In this document: positions 1 through 9,932 of the stretch, one piece after another
Layout of the letters: every line of letters starts with the position of its first letter
Position numbering within the stretch: the stretch's first letter is position 1
IMG/VR virus record: IMGVR_UViG_3300031669_003759
Location: 1 to 64,000 of that record
Direction: 5' to 3' (one strand)
DNA: 64,000 bases
Origin: an uncultured virus (IMG/VR IMGVR_UViG_3300031669_003759)
Taxonomy: Duplodnaviria > Heunggongvirae > Uroviricota > Caudoviricetes
Translations under genes and position numbers: made by a program
The notes under the pieces: generated by a model
Database searches by the model: none
Told to the model about the DNA's origin: nothing
The model's input: only the letters and a program-made list of their open reading frames with translations

Positions 1-2
1 AT

Positions 3-1034
3 ATTCTTATAAACAAAATTTCCAATACTCACAGAGTCCGCATGACCAAAATGAAGTTTATAAAAATCGGGATGTGTCTCTTCTATTGCTCCTCCTACTA
101 CAATTCCCAATCTTTTCAGTCTTTCATGAATCTGCTCCATCAAATGTCTACTTGCACCGCAAATCGAGCAAAGCAGATAACCATGGTTTCCTTCTAAATC
201 AAAAGAACCATCTCCATCAATAATGCCCCTGAGACAGGCATAGAAGATAGCATCCGTCACCCAGTCAGGAATGAACTCACTGCCAGTCTTCTTACCATCA
301 GGAAAGCCCATAGCATCCATAGCGCGTCTGATTGGTCCTGAGTAACGGATAATATGAGTTGGCTTTACGAGACTTCTATGTTCCTTTCCATTTACTATGA
401 ATATTTTTTCTTTTCTGTCTGTATATGACACCACATTTTCATAATGAGTGTATTTTACGATATCGTAGATGACCTGCTTATCTATTAATTCAATACTTAT
501 TGTTCCATCCTGTTTGGATTTGTGGCCATCGGTAATGAACAATCCAATAAAATACCCGGCAAAGTCAGTTCGTTCATTGAGAAAGTCTGTATCATAATTG
601 TGCTCTCTGGGACGTTGCTGCCAACAGGACTTTGAACAATAACTAGGGTACCTTTGCTGTCTTTTTGCTTTAGCTACCTGTTCTTTTGAAATAGGCTTCG
701 AACAAGTCTTGCAAAGATATTCTTTATCAATATTAATTTCTTCAGTACATCTACTTTTCAATAACAAAGTACGCTTAATAAAATAGGTTAAAATATCCAG
801 TTGTAAATATATTCGGGGAGAATGCGCACCATTTTTCCAGCGTAATAATATGTGAGAATTCAGATCGAATTTTTTTCGTAACATGAGGTTCGTTACACCT
901 AAATATTCCATACACTGGTTTATTATCGAAGAAAACTTCTTTGCTTTTAATTTCTCTCCCTTTTTTCTCACACTCATTCTTATCTTAAGCAATTCAGCCC
1001 GTACCCTGATCAATTCTTCTTTTGACAATACCAT
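3..1034 (-). CDS. LAGLIDADG homing endonuclease with N-terminal basic/zinc-finger region (partial, runs off window start)
   Basis: Not in ORF track. Manual translation from ATG 1034 after AGGAGAGG gives MVLSKEEL..., a CKTC...YCSKSC motif, and LAGLIDADG-like motifs GYFIGLFITDG and CLRGIIDGDGS. Confidence 0.8.
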   Translation of the reverse strand, partial: MVLSKEELIRVRAELLKIRMSVRKKGEKLKAKKFSSIINQCMEYLGVTNLMLRKKFDLNSHILLRWKNGAHSPRIYLQLDILTYFIKRTLLLKSRCTEEINIDKEYLCKTCSKPISKEQVAKAKRQQRYPSYCSKSCWQQRPREHNYDTDFLNERTDFAGYFIGLFITDGHKSKQDGTISIELIDKQVIYDIVKYTHYENVVSYTDRKEKIFIVNGKEHRSLVKPTHIIRYSGPIRRAMDAMGFPDGKKTGSEFIPDWVTDAIFYACLRGIIDGDGSFDLEGNHGYLLCSICGASRHLMEQIHERLKRLGIVVGGAIEETHPDFYKLHFGHADSVSIGNFVYKN

Positions 1035-1078
1035 AACTATACCTCTCCTTTCCATTATACTTGGTTGCACACAAGAAG

Positions 1079-1106
1079 AGTATAACACAGAAATTCATGT
1101 TGTCAA
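1079..1106 (-). promoter_or_regulatory. sigma70-like promoter for the LAGLIDADG gene
   Basis: Minus strand TTGACA-N16-TATACT with extended TGn. Confidence 0.6.
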
Positions 1107-1152
1107 GGGTTTTCGGTCACTTTTTTGAGAAAAATTGTAAGTTGTTGATTTA

Positions 1153-2022
1153 TCAGACAAAAGCAGAGGAAAGCATGCGACTCCAGAAGCCGGACGGCAT
1201 GGCCGACAACTGGCGAGCGGCCCTAACTCCTCCAGGCATCCACTGAAACATAACCATACCTTTTGATCTGAATTGCTGTTTAAATTGCATTACACTCTTA
1301 TCGAATCTGCCGATTAAAATACCAAGCATACCTGAAATTTTTGCCCAGTGATCTATAACTAAGCTGTTTCCACCAAGTGAATAATTATAGTCGGTATCAA
1401 TGGCAAAGATACCCTGCGACTCTAACGCAGCTATCACTGCAGAATCAGTGAGTATCATTCCATATTGTGCCCATGGAAAAGTAACTGGATTGAATGCTGT
1501 ATAGGGGGGAATAAGATTTATAAATTGTGCCCCGCGCTCAAGATAGTAAATAAGATGGGCGTCTGTATATCCATAAAAAAACTTTACAGCAGGTTCGAAC
1601 TCTGGTTTGTCCATATTCTCAATATCATCAGATATGGATTTTCTTGCTTTATCGACCTGAACTCGCAACGCTGCGGCTCTTGCGAACAATTTAGACGGAG
1701 CGCTTTTTACAAATATATTGTTTGTAACTACCTCACCATTAAGCACACATCTCCATGAGGCTATATATTCACCGGGATATGCACTAGTATCAAAAGAATA
1801 CTGGTAAACTCCAGCAGACGCACGGGTAATCCCTATTCCCCCAGCAGCATTAAATGTAGTCGTGAATTTTACTACATCGCCTTCTATGTCAGTCAGGTTA
1901 AACGTACTGGTACCTACAACATCTACAAGCTCCTCAGTTTTTGGATCTCGCACAAACGTTGTAAGTAACTCAGTAGTTCCTGTTCTCAATACATCAAAAT
2001 CTGTGAATGAATTATTCGGCAA
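1153..2022 (-). CDS. putative virion neck/head-completion protein
   Basis: 289 aa. Beta-rich N-half and helical C-half; lies downstream of capsid genes. Function inferred from context. Confidence 0.45.
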   Translation of the reverse strand: MPNNSFTDFDVLRTGTTELLTTFVRDPKTEELVDVVGTSTFNLTDIEGDVVKFTTTFNAAGGIGITRASAGVYQYSFDTSAYPGEYIASWRCVLNGEVVTNNIFVKSAPSKLFARAAALRVQVDKARKSISDDIENMDKPEFEPAVKFFYGYTDAHLIYYLERGAQFINLIPPYTAFNPVTFPWAQYGMILTDSAVIAALESQGIFAIDTDYNYSLGGNSLVIDHWAKISGMLGILIGRFDKSVMQFKQQFRSKGMVMFQWMPGGVRAARQLSAMPSGFWSRMLSSAFV

Positions 2023-2025
2023 AGC

Positions 2026-2400
2026 CTACTCCTGCTGCAGAAATTCTGGTTCTTCTTCCTCTTCCTCATCGAGCATATATGGTTCCTCTTCGGGTTCTTC
2101 CTCCCATTCAAGGTTCTCTTCCATGAATTGTCCCATGGGATTTTCCACTTGCAATTCTTCTACTTCTTCTTCAATCCCCGTGCCATCCATGTACTGTATC
2201 AGTTCATAGTAGAAGTCATCAATTACATCATTCACGGCCTCTAAAATTCCACCAAGTTCCCCAATCTCACGATTCTCTAATTCGGGTCCTAAATCATACA
2301 CGACCCCCAACCGATGAGCTATATCTTCTGTTGTTTCCTGTAGAGAACCTAACATCTTAACAACCTCGTTAAGTTCATATGCTTTTACTCTTCTAGTCAT
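2026..2400 (-). CDS. acidic hypothetical protein
   Basis: 124 aa, Glu-rich C-terminus, tightly packed between neighbours. Confidence 0.6.
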   Translation of the reverse strand: MTRRVKAYELNEVVKMLGSLQETTEDIAHRLGVVYDLGPELENREIGELGGILEAVNDVIDDFYYELIQYMDGTGIEEEVEELQVENPMGQFMEENLEWEEEPEEEPYMLDEEEEEEPEFLQQE

Positions 2401-2401
2401 T

Positions 2402-2629
2402 TTACACCCCGCTAAACATTATCTTTTTCAAATCACGAACTGCAGCATCAAACCTACGTGATTCAGAGTTTATATACTCCGCTTGCATACGTGGAGCGGT
2501 ATGTTCTCCTAAGTCCAATGTAAACTTGTATGTCTTTCCTAGTTGTCTAGCATTAATCAATTTACAACCTCGCATAACAATATACGCCGTAAGACTCAAA
2601 TCATTCGTGACAAACTGATTAATTTCCAT
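2402..2629 (-). CDS. small phage protein (DUF5659-like)
   Basis: FVTNDLSLTAYIVMRGCKL pattern recalled for this family. Confidence 0.5.
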   Translation of the reverse strand: MEINQFVTNDLSLTAYIVMRGCKLINARQLGKTYKFTLDLGEHTAPRMQAEYINSESRRFDAAVRDLKKIMFSGV

Positions 2630-2642
2630 GTTAATTTTATTT

Positions 2643-3599
2643 CTAAAATGTTACTGTTTGTGTACCTGGGTGTCGCTGTTGCCACTGTTGTATAATTGTC
2701 TCACGCTGTGGAACTAAGTTTTGATTCTGTTGTGTTTGCTGCTCCAATGTATTAATAAATTCATTGTAATCTTCTATATTTAGCAGGCCATTTACATCTG
2801 GGTCTGTTGCTGTGTCTGTTGGGGCAGTTGTGTTCGTAGGAGGAGTCGGAGCAGTCGGTTGCCCCATAGGTATCTGCGCTACATTCCAGAAATCAGTAAT
2901 AAATGCTATCTTTCCATTCTGATCCTGGGTTACGAGCATATTAATCTTATCAGTATCATCCCGGACAATTTCTGTAATCCTGAATTCGTCGTCAGGAAAT
3001 AAGGTATGATACACTGTGTCACCTGCTGCCAAAATATTGAGCGGGGAACACCCAATAGCAGCACTCTCTATATCATAAGCTTTCCTGTTTAACTCAGATG
3101 CAACACTTTTGATTTCACTCTTACCTTTAGTCTTCGATAAGATAAACTCACTGTAAAGGAAAAATCCTAGATCCTTCACACGAGCATTTACAAATCCCAC
3201 TGCTTGTCGAATATCTTTAATATCTGTGGCACGCTCCAACATAGCAATAAAATTAGTTTGTGTGATTCCTCTAACGGTATACCACTGCTTGTTCTTAGGG
3301 TTATTAAAGTGATTGTCTCGCACCTTTTGCAGGAAGGTACCAAAAGATGTATCTGCACCACACTTCAGGAGTTTTACATTCCCAGCAAAAGTTAGAAATA
3401 AAAATCTATGGAGACTTTCATACCACTCAGCGGGGCACTCGATGTCTGCCTTTTTTGCAAACTCTAATATCTTATCGAGGTCACCATCCATTTCTTTCCA
3501 GAACACCTGCCAACCAGCCCTATGCTCATCAGGAAAATGATAAAAATTGTAGGGGGGTTGTTTAGTCCATTGGTGCTTCTCTGCCGTAAGCAATGGCAT
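2643..3599 (-). CDS. hypothetical protein (possible virion protein)
   Basis: 318 aa, GAGGAG RBS, Thr/Pro-rich linker near C-terminus. Confidence 0.6.
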   Translation of the reverse strand: MPLLTAEKHQWTKQPPYNFYHFPDEHRAGWQVFWKEMDGDLDKILEFAKKADIECPAEWYESLHRFLFLTFAGNVKLLKCGADTSFGTFLQKVRDNHFNNPKNKQWYTVRGITQTNFIAMLERATDIKDIRQAVGFVNARVKDLGFFLYSEFILSKTKGKSEIKSVASELNRKAYDIESAAIGCSPLNILAAGDTVYHTLFPDDEFRITEIVRDDTDKINMLVTQDQNGKIAFITDFWNVAQIPMGQPTAPTPPTNTTAPTDTATDPDVNGLLNIEDYNEFINTLEQQTQQNQNLVPQRETIIQQWQQRHPGTQTVTF

Positions 3600-3659
3600 T
3601 TTACGCTCTCCTCGTTTTCAAACAGGAGGGGGATAAAATCCCCCTCCATGCAATCAACT

Positions 3660-4325
3660 TTACTTATTCAGCGCTGCTTCCACTGGATCATTCTTATCCA
3701 TATCGGCCATCTCAGTGTTTAAAAGTCTGGTCTGTTGAACTTTCGCCCAGCGTTTCACTCCATTATAAATACCATTCATCATCAGATAGTTATAATCATC
3801 CATTGTCAGCACCGCCTCCTGCTCCATGAGGCGCTCTAACGCTTCATGCTCCGACATCGCAGCGTGCTTGGACTTCAAGCAAATATCTCCCAGCTTGGGA
3901 TTGATCTGTACACTTGCCGATGATGCTTTTCTTGCCCGGGCATCAGGGGGTGTCATTTTAGTAAACTTGTTAATCTTGTCCTCTACAATAGCCTTACGAG
4001 ACTTATTCTTCTTGTAATACTGTTCCGCATTTACAGGATCCAATAATTCCAGAGCTTCTGATTTAACTAGTTTGAATAGGTCCATACAATCAGCTAGAAG
4101 CTTAGGGGTAACTTGGTCGGTCAGGCACACAGGATCTTTTCCAGGAGGAATAACAACCCAGTCTGTAATAGTCCCAGACCCTACCTGAAACACTATATTT
4201 CCGGATTCTCTCCCTGTGATCTCTCCAGATCTGTTGATTACCCATATCTCCGCACCTTCAGCGATGAGGTTCTGCAGGGTAAGTCTACGGGCGCGTGCTG
4301 TCACTTTCTTTTCCTTGGTAGCCAT
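3660..4325 (-). CDS. hypothetical virion-associated protein
   Basis: 221 aa, AAGGAG RBS, in head operon. Confidence 0.6.
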   Translation of the reverse strand: MATKEKKVTARARRLTLQNLIAEGAEIWVINRSGEITGRESGNIVFQVGSGTITDWVVIPPGKDPVCLTDQVTPKLLADCMDLFKLVKSEALELLDPVNAEQYYKKNKSRKAIVEDKINKFTKMTPPDARARKASSASVQINPKLGDICLKSKHAAMSEHEALERLMEQEAVLTMDDYNYLMMNGIYNGVKRWAKVQQTRLLNTEMADMDKNDPVEAALNK

Positions 4326-4442
4326 TTTACTTTCTCCTTTTCGTTTCGTGGTGGCGACCCACTATTAGATCACCATCCAATTTCTCTTATATTTTATTCT
4401 ATACCAGCTAAAAAACTTAACTTCTGTTACGACAACGTGTTT

Positions 4443-4478
4443 ATAAAGAAGAAAGGCCGCGACTAATGTCGTGGCCTT
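4443..4478 (-). terminator. intrinsic terminator after capsid-downstream gene
   Basis: Stem AAGGCCACGAC-ATTA-GTCGCGGCCTT (one mismatch) followed by a U-rich tract on the minus strand. Confidence 0.55.
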
Positions 4479-4516
4479 CCAAGTCACACTGCCCAACCCT
4501 GAGATAGACAGGAGAC

Positions 4517-4951
4517 TTACTTAGTCTTTGAAATTCGCTTCTGCCTAGAGTTCCTTCTCTCATCTTTTCCGCTTCTACGTGCCTGCCTGGCAGACCGTAA
4601 AGTTTCCAACTTTTCCATTGCCTGTTTTCTTTTGGCAACGATTGTTTTTAGGCGTCTCTTCAAGGTTTCTTTGCGAGCATCTGCTGAACGCCGTGAATGT
4701 AAAGTGGCAGCTTTTGCCTTAGCTGCTTTTGCGCTTGGTTGATCTTCCTGAAGCGTCGCTAGACGTTTCTTGGCTTCTTGCTGAATTCTGGAAAGTGCCC
4801 GCTTTACCAAGGGGATTTCGCTTGGGCTTGCTTGCACCAACCGATAAGCATAGTAATCTACCTTTTCTGCTAAATCGGCAAACCCAGCGCCTTCCAATTC
4901 GTTTGCAGCTAAATCTAACTGACTCCGGGCTGCATTTCTATCAAACTTCAT
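4517..4951 (-). CDS. basic Arg/Lys-rich protein (possible DNA-condensing core protein)
   Basis: 144 aa, AAGGAG RBS, strongly basic C-half, directly after the major capsid gene. Confidence 0.55.
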   Translation of the reverse strand: MKFDRNAARSQLDLAANELEGAGFADLAEKVDYYAYRLVQASPSEIPLVKRALSRIQQEAKKRLATLQEDQPSAKAAKAKAATLHSRRSADARKETLKRRLKTIVAKRKQAMEKLETLRSARQARRSGKDERRNSRQKRISKTK

Positions 4952-5044
4952 TTCAATCTCCTTTTCAGATGTTGTTTACGCAAGTAGACCACCTGGGAAA
5001 CTCCAGGTGGCTACATGCTAAGCTATCGAATAACCGCTACCTGC

Positions 5045-6193
5045 TTACAGCTTCTGGCCGATTGCCACACCTGCAGGGTTCGCAAGCACCTGAGCAATCA
5101 GTTCGTACCAGAACCATCCCTGACGCGGACGACCTTCCATGAACGAGTTCACGGGCTCAGAGAACAACTCAACACGGATAGGCATACCACCCAGGTATTC
5201 TGGGGCAGTAACTGCCGTAACGCTACCAGGCTGCAGAATCTCAAATGTCTGAGTACCTGCAGTTGTGATAATCATAGCATTCAGCACTGTACCGATATAT
5301 CCTGCCATGATCAATTCACGCCGGGTTACAGGGTCCACCTGAGTTGACAGTGTATTCACCAAGTCAGATACTTCTTGACGGTGAATGATAAACTTATCAC
5401 AGATCAGACGGTGCTGCTCAATCTGATAACGAATACCTTCCAGTGCCGCCAAGTTCAAAGTGGCGAAAAAGGTAGTCGTATTGACTGCATTAGCGCCTGC
5501 GGAGAGCAGACTCATAAGCGCCAAGTCCTCTTGATATTCGATGCTCATACGAGCACGGTCCTGCACACGAGCTAGAATATCATACTGCGCACGGTATTTG
5601 TCTTTGATTTCAATTGTAGGATATGCCGTCACTTCAAACTCAGGCGGATATATATAGCGACCTTCAACGGTAGACTGCGGAGTCTGTCCATCCTCTGCAA
5701 TCACCCACGCTTTGATATATACATCCTTGTCATATCTCACAACTTCCCCGGCTTTTACTGTGCGGGGTGCAAAGACTTTCCGAGCAAGGCCCTCATAGTC
5801 GATAACCTCTTTGATTGGGTTCAAGAGGCCCTGACCGACCTGACGGAAGCCCTCACTGGATGGATCGGAAAAAGCTTCACGGAGAATAGCGTCATTCTCC
5901 ATCCCACTCATTCCCTCACCAGCATACGATGCAGTACGTTCTACATCGTAGGTACCATCAGCCATACCATCCAGGAGATGCTTGATCTTTTCAAGCACTT
6001 CGCCGTTGTTAGAGGCGTTAATTTGGCCTCGGTTGTCGAACATGTGCTCAGCGGCTGAAAGCTGCATACTGCCAGACTTACCAACTTTGCCCATGTTCAT
6101 TGGGTTGAATTCTTGTCCGGTTTTACGATCTAACGTTGTACCGGAAGCTTTCTTGCTGTTGTACGGATTGAACTTCATAGTCATTCTCCTCAA
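5045..6193 (-). CDS. major capsid protein (HK97 fold); likely start 6184 or 6178
   Basis: About 375 aa, strong GAGGAG RBS, follows protease-scaffold-decoration genes; sequence pattern typical of large-phage capsid proteins. Confidence 0.75.
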   Translation of the reverse strand: MRRMTMKFNPYNSKKASGTTLDRKTGQEFNPMNMGKVGKSGSMQLSAAEHMFDNRGQINASNNGEVLEKIKHLLDGMADGTYDVERTASYAGEGMSGMENDAILREAFSDPSSEGFRQVGQGLLNPIKEVIDYEGLARKVFAPRTVKAGEVVRYDKDVYIKAWVIAEDGQTPQSTVEGRYIYPPEFEVTAYPTIEIKDKYRAQYDILARVQDRARMSIEYQEDLALMSLLSAGANAVNTTTFFATLNLAALEGIRYQIEQHRLICDKFIIHRQEVSDLVNTLSTQVDPVTRRELIMAGYIGTVLNAMIITTAGTQTFEILQPGSVTAVTAPEYLGGMPIRVELFSEPVNSFMEGRPRQGWFWYELIAQVLANPAGVAIGQKL

Positions 6194-6237
6194 ACAAATG
6201 GTTAAATTAAGCCTTCCGGCTACGTTGCCTTATACAA

Positions 6238-6954
6238 CTACACCGTGAGTTGCTGTATCCCCAAGTACGGATCATTCGCAGATGGAACGCTGCGCACACG
6301 TCCGCACATAGGAGTTACACCAGCAATGGGGGTCCACAGACTAGCTGTATCTGAATATAACGCTGCATTCAGTGTGTAAGTCTGATTTACATCATACTGA
6401 TCGGTGTATACCTTTGCATCACCTTCAGCGACTGTAATTTTACCAGAACCAAGGGTATCGTCAGGTTGCCTATCATAGTTCTGGCCTGCAGCAGTATAGC
6501 CTGTTGAAACATTGTCCCAATACACTTGTGTGGTCTGTAGATTGTATGAATACCATACAAGCACGGTAGCTAGCGCAGCAATCGCGCCGCCACCCAACCG
6601 CGTAACAACTCCGTTTGTCGTTGATACGGTGTAATCAACTCCCTGGGTATATACTGTCGTACCAGCCGAATTTGTCACTTTGATAAATCCGGTGCCCACT
6701 ACATTACCCTTCTTTAGATTGATTGTGCCACCGACATTAAACGTCCCGCTCTCGATAGCAGTGCGAATATAGGTCAGGGCACTATCTTTCCAGAAGGTTC
6801 CGATAGGAACGGTTCCACTAGCTGCAGTGGTCGCTACAATTAGCCCTGCAGCATTGGTTGTCAGGAAGGCAACCATACCTGCCCAAATCTGTACGTTAGT
6901 GTCTACATCATAGAACGGGCGATCATATGCATAGCCTCTTTTTTTGTCTAACAT
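6238..6954 (-). CDS. head decoration/cement-like structural protein
   Basis: Thr/Gly/Val-rich beta protein between scaffold and capsid genes; AAGGAG RBS. Confidence 0.55.
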   Translation of the reverse strand: MLDKKRGYAYDRPFYDVDTNVQIWAGMVAFLTTNAAGLIVATTAASGTVPIGTFWKDSALTYIRTAIESGTFNVGGTINLKKGNVVGTGFIKVTNSAGTTVYTQGVDYTVSTTNGVVTRLGGGAIAALATVLVWYSYNLQTTQVYWDNVSTGYTAAGQNYDRQPDDTLGSGKITVAEGDAKVYTDQYDVNQTYTLNAALYSDTASLWTPIAGVTPMCGRVRSVPSANDPYLGIQQLTV

Positions 6955-7012
6955 TTTACTGTCTCCTTTAGTTACTTTTTCCGTCTTTCCGGTTCGTTAT
7001 AAAAACAAAAGT

Positions 7013-8725
7013 TTACATCAATCGATTTACTCCATGCAGCCTTGGTTTAGGCAATGCACTTTGAATCTGATCAGCAAAGTTCGTAGGATCTGCCGAACTA
7101 GCTGTAGAAAGCGGCAATGATGCATTATGGGCGCGTAAACGAAGTGCCGCAGCTTTCTCATGATACGTTTCTGTTTCTACTTCAGCAGCAGTTTTGGGTG
7201 GCTGTGTGCGTAACTCACCAATCTGTGCTTCCATTTCAACAAACGCTTCATCACTCATATCAAGAAACTCAGCAGTCTTGATGAGTGCAACTTCAAAATG
7301 CTCGGCTGCAGCACGTGCAAAGGTGGCTTCGATAACCTTCTCTGGGTTAGGAACATCCAGACTCTTGAGAGTTGCATACCACGCTGCTTTGAGTGGGTTA
7401 TCAGTCAGATTCTTTTGCTGGGCAGACAATGCCAGTCTGAAAGCCCGAACAAATCTACGTTGAATATCTGATAACGAGGCAGTAGCTTCCTGCGATTCTT
7501 CGGCAGCTTCCTCTTCGACAGCCTCAGTCTCGATAGCCTCGGCAGCTTCAGTAGCCTCAGTCTCGACCGCTTCAGTTTCAACAGCTTCGCCTTCAGTGGA
7601 TCCAGAATCCTCTTGTTCCTGTGCCTGCTTCGCAGACATCCCACATGCCTCCTCGTCCATATCTCCTGGAAGCTCCTCTTTCTTTTTCTTGAGGAAAGGA
7701 GGCATTTTTTTGTCTTCTTTGGGCTTCATCTGCATTTTAGGCTTGGGCTTAAACCTGAGCTTATCCTTGCCCATGCCTAACCCCTCATCAGCAGCATCGC
7801 CGCCATCTTCTTCCTTCTTTTTCTTCAAAAACTCCATAGGAAGTGCCGCGTACTTATCCATGGCTGCTTCCAATCCTAATACACGGACATCGTTAATAAC
7901 CGCTTCCGCAAATTCTCTCGTTGAAAAAATTTCCTTAGTGTCAGCAGTTGGTTTAATTGTGTAGAAAACTTGATCAGTGTGCTTGTCCACAACTGTCCAC
8001 TCATCCCCAGATGCATTAAGATCCATCGCCATGTTGGATGCCTTCAGCCTATACTGTCCCCAATCTTCCGGCTCATCTTTTAGCTTAGTGATAGTTGGGG
8101 CGGGCACCTGTTGCTTATACTTTTTGTTGGGCATTTCCTTCAGTTCAAAGGTTAGTTCCTTTGCTTGCAGCCGATCTTTACGAGCTTTTCTAAGTTTTGC
8201 TTTATCAATGGACATTGTATGTCCCTCCTTACTTACGATAAGACTGTCGTCAGTGTTCCCTAAACCAAATTCAGAAGATGACAACCCATCTTCTTCATCT
8301 TTAACTTCATCAAGTTTCTTTTCAAAATCTGTTGGCTCCCCAGTACCCTTCTGCATAGTATTGACTAACTTATTTATAGATTTAGTTAGCCCTTCCATTT
8401 GATCGCCAATGGCGGTTACTTTTTCATCTAAGTCATTAATCTTAGTTTCACTTTCCTTCTGTTTGCGAATATCCTTCTCAACGTCTTGTTCTATTTCTTC
8501 TTTGGGCTTAGGTGCTCCTGGAACACCAGGGGCACCGGGAGGTGCACCCATTGGGGGCCTTCCAGGTGGCCGAGGAGCCATCGGTGCCCCTCCAGGGGCA
8601 GGAGGAGGTGCCCCAAGTGCTGGAGGGGCTGCAGGGGCTGGTGCAGGAGGGGCACCAGGGGGAACTGCTTGTGCTTTCACCAGCCTTGTAGCTTTTTTTG
8701 CTATACGAGCACGAAGTCCATGCAT
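7013..8725 (-). CDS. putative capsid scaffolding protein
   Basis: 570 aa with Pro/Gly-rich N-terminus, coiled coils and acidic EAVETEA repeats; lies between protease and capsid genes. Confidence 0.6.
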   Translation of the reverse strand: MHGLRARIAKKATRLVKAQAVPPGAPPAPAPAAPPALGAPPPAPGGAPMAPRPPGRPPMGAPPGAPGVPGAPKPKEEIEQDVEKDIRKQKESETKINDLDEKVTAIGDQMEGLTKSINKLVNTMQKGTGEPTDFEKKLDEVKDEEDGLSSSEFGLGNTDDSLIVSKEGHTMSIDKAKLRKARKDRLQAKELTFELKEMPNKKYKQQVPAPTITKLKDEPEDWGQYRLKASNMAMDLNASGDEWTVVDKHTDQVFYTIKPTADTKEIFSTREFAEAVINDVRVLGLEAAMDKYAALPMEFLKKKKEEDGGDAADEGLGMGKDKLRFKPKPKMQMKPKEDKKMPPFLKKKKEELPGDMDEEACGMSAKQAQEQEDSGSTEGEAVETEAVETEATEAAEAIETEAVEEEAAEESQEATASLSDIQRRFVRAFRLALSAQQKNLTDNPLKAAWYATLKSLDVPNPEKVIEATFARAAAEHFEVALIKTAEFLDMSDEAFVEMEAQIGELRTQPPKTAAEVETETYHEKAAALRLRAHNASLPLSTASSADPTNFADQIQSALPKPRLHGVNRLM

Positions 8726-8795
8726 TTCAACAACTCCTTATCTATTAGGATATATTTCAAATGAAAAATTGTTAAACTTCTGTTAGGGGGATAGT

Positions 8796-9686
8796 TTATA
8801 GTAATTTATCCGCTAATCTTAACATAGATTCAGGAAGCTTCCCAGCATTTTTACTAAAGAATCTAGCTACTTCAACTTGATCTGATTCAGTAATCAATGT
8901 AGAAAGTAAACTAAATGCAGCACGAGACTGCCCAATTTGGGCTTTTCTGGTTGCATATTTAAGCAGCGCTTGTGTTTTAGCTTTTGGGTCGGCTGGGTTA
9001 CCTACAACCGATAGCTCTTGATATTCTACACCTAAACAATCTTCATAGATAAGTTCTCCATCAATCGTAGACATCTTATACCACTTCAAATGATCGCACA
9101 AATCACGATCAGAATTTGCAATGGGATGAGCACATTTACTGTAGCTACATCTCACTTGATCACAAATACAGCCCATGGAAAATGTATCGATCTCACCACT
9201 GAGTAATCCTTCTGCTAAGGGCATATCCTTGGTAGTGTCCATTGCCACAATGGTCAGTACATGTTTATCTTTATCTCTGGATGTAACATAATGTGCATCA
9301 GGAATATATCCACGAGCAGTTTTAGGATCCTCTGCAGCGTGCTCTACATGCAATGGATCATTCCGGAATGTCTGAAAGACTAAACAACGGTGGTTTGGGG
9401 AAAACCTAATAAGTTCATCATGCCTAAAATTATCCCCGTTATTGTTCGGTTCATCTGCAGTTACCGCCCGAGGAACTGGGAAGATATAATCATTAATGTT
9501 TTCAGATATATTATAAACTTTGGATACAGCCTTGAGTACATCCTTAGACAAGATGTTCAAAGCAGTTTTTACAGCCTCATCTTCCTGCTCCGTCATATCT
9601 GCATTTTGTGCTGCTCGTTTATTGAATCTTCCAGAAGCTTGGTAGACACTAACAATGGGGGTTTGTGCAGTTTTATAAAAAGGCAT
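8796..9686 (-). CDS. putative prohead maturation protease
   Basis: PNNNGD, HVEH, FSMGC and ELSVVGNPADP motifs typical of HK97/herpes-fold head proteases, with a Cys-rich insert. Confidence 0.65.
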   Translation of the reverse strand: MPFYKTAQTPIVSVYQASGRFNKRAAQNADMTEQEDEAVKTALNILSKDVLKAVSKVYNISENINDYIFPVPRAVTADEPNNNGDNFRHDELIRFSPNHRCLVFQTFRNDPLHVEHAAEDPKTARGYIPDAHYVTSRDKDKHVLTIVAMDTTKDMPLAEGLLSGEIDTFSMGCICDQVRCSYSKCAHPIANSDRDLCDHLKWYKMSTIDGELIYEDCLGVEYQELSVVGNPADPKAKTQALLKYATRKAQIGQSRAAFSLLSTLITESDQVEVARFFSKNAGKLPESMLRLADKLL

Positions 9687-9752
9687 AATACTCTCCTATA
9701 ACATAGGGCTGTACCCAGCGTTACAAGAGAGTATAGATTACGATTGCAATAA

Positions 9753-9932
9753 CTATTTAACTACTGATTTTTCTGTTTTTTGGGGGGCAGTATCTTTTGG
9801 AGTGGTTTGCAGATTTTCAGGTACCAATGATTTCCCACACTGTGGGCATTTATGTATGTGCCCCTTAATATCGTGGCCACAGTTACATTTGACTTTTTCA
9901 ATCGGAATTATGCCGGTCTTATGAAATGCCAT
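9753..9932 (-). CDS. small zinc-ribbon protein
   Basis: Manual translation MAFHKTG...KCNCGH...KCPQCGK (59 aa), below the ORF-track cutoff. Confidence 0.5.
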   Translation of the reverse strand: MAFHKTGIIPIEKVKCNCGHDIKGHIHKCPQCGKSLVPENLQTTPKDTAPQKTEKSVVK

